64,000 nt of DNA from Pirellulales bacterium (GTDB taxonomy: Bacteria; Planctomycetota; Planctomycetia; Pirellulales; PALSA-1355). This document shows positions 60,948 through 64,000 of this stretch, piece after piece. The first letter of the stretch is position 1, and each line of letters opens with the position of its first letter. The notes under the pieces were generated by a model. It was not told the DNA's origin. It saw nothing but the letters and a program-made list of their open reading frames with translations, and did no database searches. Both the position numbers and the translations under genes were made by a program. The stretch is from the NCBI GenBank assembly GCA_963733035.1, contig CAVTBU010000005.1, positions 2,816,001 to 2,880,000 on the forward strand, in the 5' to 3' direction.

Positions 60948-61721
60948 ATGGAAAAATCGGTCGTTGATTTCAGTGTCGAGGGCGAAATCGGACTGATCGC
61001 GCTCAACAATCCCGAGCGGCGAAACGTGCTTTCGCGGATGGCGCTGCGGCAGCTCGTGAAGAGCCTGGATTCGGCCGAAGCCGATGGCGATGTGAAGTGC
61101 GTCATTCTGCGTTCGACCGGAAACGTGTTTTCGGCGGGGCACGACCTGCGCGAGGTCGTCGAAGCATCCGACGCGGAGCGCGAGAGTCTGTTCGCACTCT
61201 GCTCGGAAGTGATGCAGATGATTCGCGGGCTTTCGCTACCGGTCATTGCCGAGGTACAGGGCATTGCCACCGCGGCCGGCTGTCAGTTGGCGGCCACCTG
61301 CGATTTGATCGTCGCGGCCGAGGAAGCCAGCTTTGCCACGCCGGGCATCAAAATCGGGCTGTTCTGCTCGACGCCAGCGGTGGCCATCTCGCGGGTGATC
61401 AGCCCCAAGAAAGCGATGGAGATGCTGCTGACCGCCGAGCCCGTGGCGGCCCGCGAAGCCGAGCGGATCGGGTTGGTCAATCGGGTGGTCGCGCGCGAAG
61501 AGCTCCCCGAGGCCACGATGAGGCTCGCCCAACAGATTGCCATGGCCAGTCCGTACACGATCGGTCTGGGTAAGAAGGCGTTTTACGATCAGATTGCCCT
61601 CGACGTGGAGCAGGCGTACGCGCTGACCGAAAAGATCATGGTGGAAAACGCCCGGGCGGCGGATGCGATCGAGGGAATGCAGGCGTTTTTGGAGCGCCGG
61701 CCGCCCCGTTGGGGAAAGTGA
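60948..61721 (+). CDS. Enoyl-CoA hydratase-like crotonase (ECHDC3 type)
   Basis: FSAGHDL, ATAAGCQL, FATPGIKIGLFCSTP. Confidence 0.9.
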   Translation: MEKSVVDFSVEGEIGLIALNNPERRNVLSRMALRQLVKSLDSAEADGDVKCVILRSTGNVFSAGHDLREVVEASDAERESLFALCSEVMQMIRGLSLPVIAEVQGIATAAGCQLAATCDLIVAAEEASFATPGIKIGLFCSTPAVAISRVISPKKAMEMLLTAEPVAAREAERIGLVNRVVAREELPEATMRLAQQIAMASPYTIGLGKKAFYDQIALDVEQAYALTEKIMVENARAADAIEGMQAFLERRPPRWGK

Positions 61722-61813
61722 TGCCGCCTTGTTACGCCCCGTGGGCGATTCTAAACTAAAGGTTTCCAACCCTCGTGCTGGTTCCAGCTTTCGTGATTTG
61801 AGGAACTCCGCCA

Positions 61814-63462
61814 ATGGCTACCGCCATGGATCGCAAGCTTTGGGCCAAGTGGCAAGCGGAAATCGAAAAGGCCCCGCCACCTGCGTTGCCACCGACGACG
61901 GTGAGCAGCGTGCCCATCGATCCACTGTACACGCCGGACAATCTCGACGGCTTCGATTATGACAGCGAGTTGGGCTATCCGGGGCAGTATCCGTATACGC
62001 GTGGCGTGCATGCCACGATGTATCGCGGACGGTTGTGGACGATGCGGCAGTTTGCCGGCTTCGGTACCGCGCGGCAGACGAACGAGCGATTCAAGTTCCT
62101 GGTCGCCAAGGGGCAGACCGGTCTGAGCACGGCGTTCGACTTGCCCACGTTGATGGGTCTCGACAGCGACGATCCCCGTTCCTTTGGCGAAGTTGGCCGC
62201 TTGGGCGTGGCGATGGACACCATCGACGACATGCGGCAATTGTTCGACGGCATCGACATCGAAAAGCTGTCGGTGTCGATGACGATCAACGCGCCGGCGG
62301 CCATCGTGATGGCCTTCTACCTGGCCAATGCCGAGGACCGCGGCTTCGACTGGAAAAAGATGCGGGGTACGATTCAAAACGACACGCTCAAGGAGTTTCA
62401 CGCTCAGAACGAAATCTTCTTTCCGCCCGAGCCGTCGGTGCGGTTGGCGATCGACGTGGTCGAGTTCTGCGCGCACCACGTGCCGCAATGGAATCCGGTG
62501 TCGATCAGCGGTTATCACATTCGCGAGGCGGGTTCCACCGCCGCGCAGGAGCTCGCATTCACGCTGGCGGACGGTTTTCACTACGTCGACCAGTCGCTGG
62601 AGCGCGGACTGGACGTCGATCAGTTTGCCGGCAGGTTGAGCTTCTTCTTCAACGCCCATAACGACCTGTTCGAGGAAATCGCGAAATACCGCGCGCGCGC
62701 AGCGTGTGGGCCGACCGGCTGCGGAATCACTACGGCGCGAAGAAGGAAGCCTCGTGGAAGCTGCGGTTCCATGCCCAGACGGCGGGATGTTCGTTACAAG
62801 ACAAGCAACCCGAAGTAAATTTGATTCGCGTGGCCTATCAAGCTCTAGCCGCGGTGCTCGGCGGTTGCCAGTCGCTGCATACCAATAGCATGGATGAGAC
62901 ACTGGCGCTCCCTTCGGAGCATGCCGTGACGCTGGCCTTGCGCACGCAGCAGGTGTTGGCCTATGAGACGGGTGTCACGAATACGGCGGACCCCGTGGGT
63001 GGCAGCTACTTTGTGGAAACACTCACCCGGCAAATGGCCGACGAGGCGCGTCGATACTTTGAACGAATCGACGAGCTGGGGGGCATGCTGGCGGCGATTG
63101 ATCGGGGGTTTTTCCGCCGGGAGATTGCCGAGGCGGCGTTTGAATACCAGCGAGAAGTCGACGCCAGGCACAAGCTGATAGTGGGCGTCAACGCTTTCCA
63201 GGAAACTGAGGAGAAGCCGCTCGACATCCTGCAGATTGATCAAGCCGTGGAAACCGAGCAGGTTGCCGCGCTCGATCGCGTGAAGGCCGATCGCAGCCGG
63301 CAGGACGTCCACCGCGCACTCGATGCTGTGCGCCGCGCGGCCGAAGCCAAGGAGAATCTCCTGCCGTCGCTGATCGAGGCTGCCCGCTCCCGCGCCACTG
63401 TGGGCGAAACAATGCATGCGCTGGCAGACGTTTACGGTCGTTGTGATACGGCGGTGGTGTAA
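61814..63462 (+). CDS. B12-dependent acyl-CoA mutase large subunit, isobutyryl-CoA-mutase-like (frameshift in CG run 62690-62700)
   Basis: [53 protein letters not shown]; no DxHxxG B12 domain. Confidence 0.9.
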
Positions 63463-63519
63463 CAGCTCACTTCTCCGCAAGACTCCCGTTTTAGATCTCC
63501 TGGTTGGTAGGGCCTTCCG

Positions 63520-64000
63520 ATGATCGAAGATGCCGCAACCAGCCGCAGCAGGAACACGGCAATGTCGACAGCCGAGGTAGTCCCCGATTTCCTGATCGTG
63601 GGCACGATGAAGTCGGGCACGACCACGTTGGCCGACTATCTGAGCGTGCATCCGGCGATTTGGATTCCCGAGCAGGAAGTTCAGTTTTTCAACAACGAGC
63701 GAAATTTTGCCCGTGGACCGGGCTGGTATTCGCGGAAGTTGACTGAAGGCTGTCCCCCGGATCGAATCGCGGAAATGACGATTGGCGAAAAGACGCCGAC
63801 GTACTCCTACCAGAAGAACTGTGCGCAGCGGATCAAGGATTTGTGTCCGAATGTCAAGCTGGTTTGGATTTTTCGCAATCCGGTGCAACGGACCTTTTCG
63901 AATTACCTGCACTCGCTCAAGAATGGCTCGGAACTTGCCGACTTTCCGACGGCCGTCGAGCGCGAATTGGAGAACAAGAATCGGGATCGTTTTCGCAACT
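63520..64000 (+). CDS. Sulfotransferase (runs off right edge)
   Basis: Manual translation: PDFLIVGTMKSGTTTL (5'-PSB), EVQFF, GEKTPTY, IFRNPVQRTFSNY (3'-PB); alternative ATG 63562. Confidence 0.9.
   Translation, partial: MIEDAATSRSRNTAMSTAEVVPDFLIVGTMKSGTTTLADYLSVHPAIWIPEQEVQFFNNERNFARGPGWYSRKLTEGCPPDRIAEMTIGEKTPTYSYQKNCAQRIKDLCPNVKLVWIFRNPVQRTFSNYLHSLKNGSELADFPTAVERELENKNRDRFRN

Noticed and set aside
60948..61721. DmdD (methanethiol-releasing MTA-CoA hydratase) next to the thiol oxidase
   Set aside because: DmdD needs the two catalytic glutamates, which are absent here; no dmdB or dmdC nearby.

Overview
High-GC bacterial DNA that is very likely from a planctomycete (Pirellulales-like). The evidence is two PVC-type CxxCH haem proteins, a planctomycete 'RRLxxExLExR' export motif, PEP-CTERM proteins, Tat-exported sugar oxidoreductases and a sulfatase. 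About 50 protein genes are supportable. I see no rRNA, tRNA, CRISPR array or prophage. At least ten internal frame breaks (single-base indels in most cases) interrupt nine otherwise intact genes, including essential infC. These are best read as long-read assembly errors, and most lie at or next to CGCG. Main points of interest: (i) back-to-back sigma54-type promoters driving a USP one way and cytochrome c' plus a P1B-5 ATPase the other, followed by a Tat-exported SELENBP1/methanethiol-oxidase-like protein, an ECHDC3-type crotonase and a B12 mutase with isobutyryl-CoA-mutase signature residues; (ii) a ~1570-aa metallohydrolase/PVC-haem-dehydrogenase fusion in an operon with an esterase and a sodium:solute symporter; (iii) a GH64-like glucanase carrying two inserted phage-structural-type repeats; (iv) an uncharacterised four-gene exported module; (v) an isolated badHI pair; (vi) a RAYT with an adjacent REP doublet. 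All family assignments come from motif recognition by eye; no searches were run.
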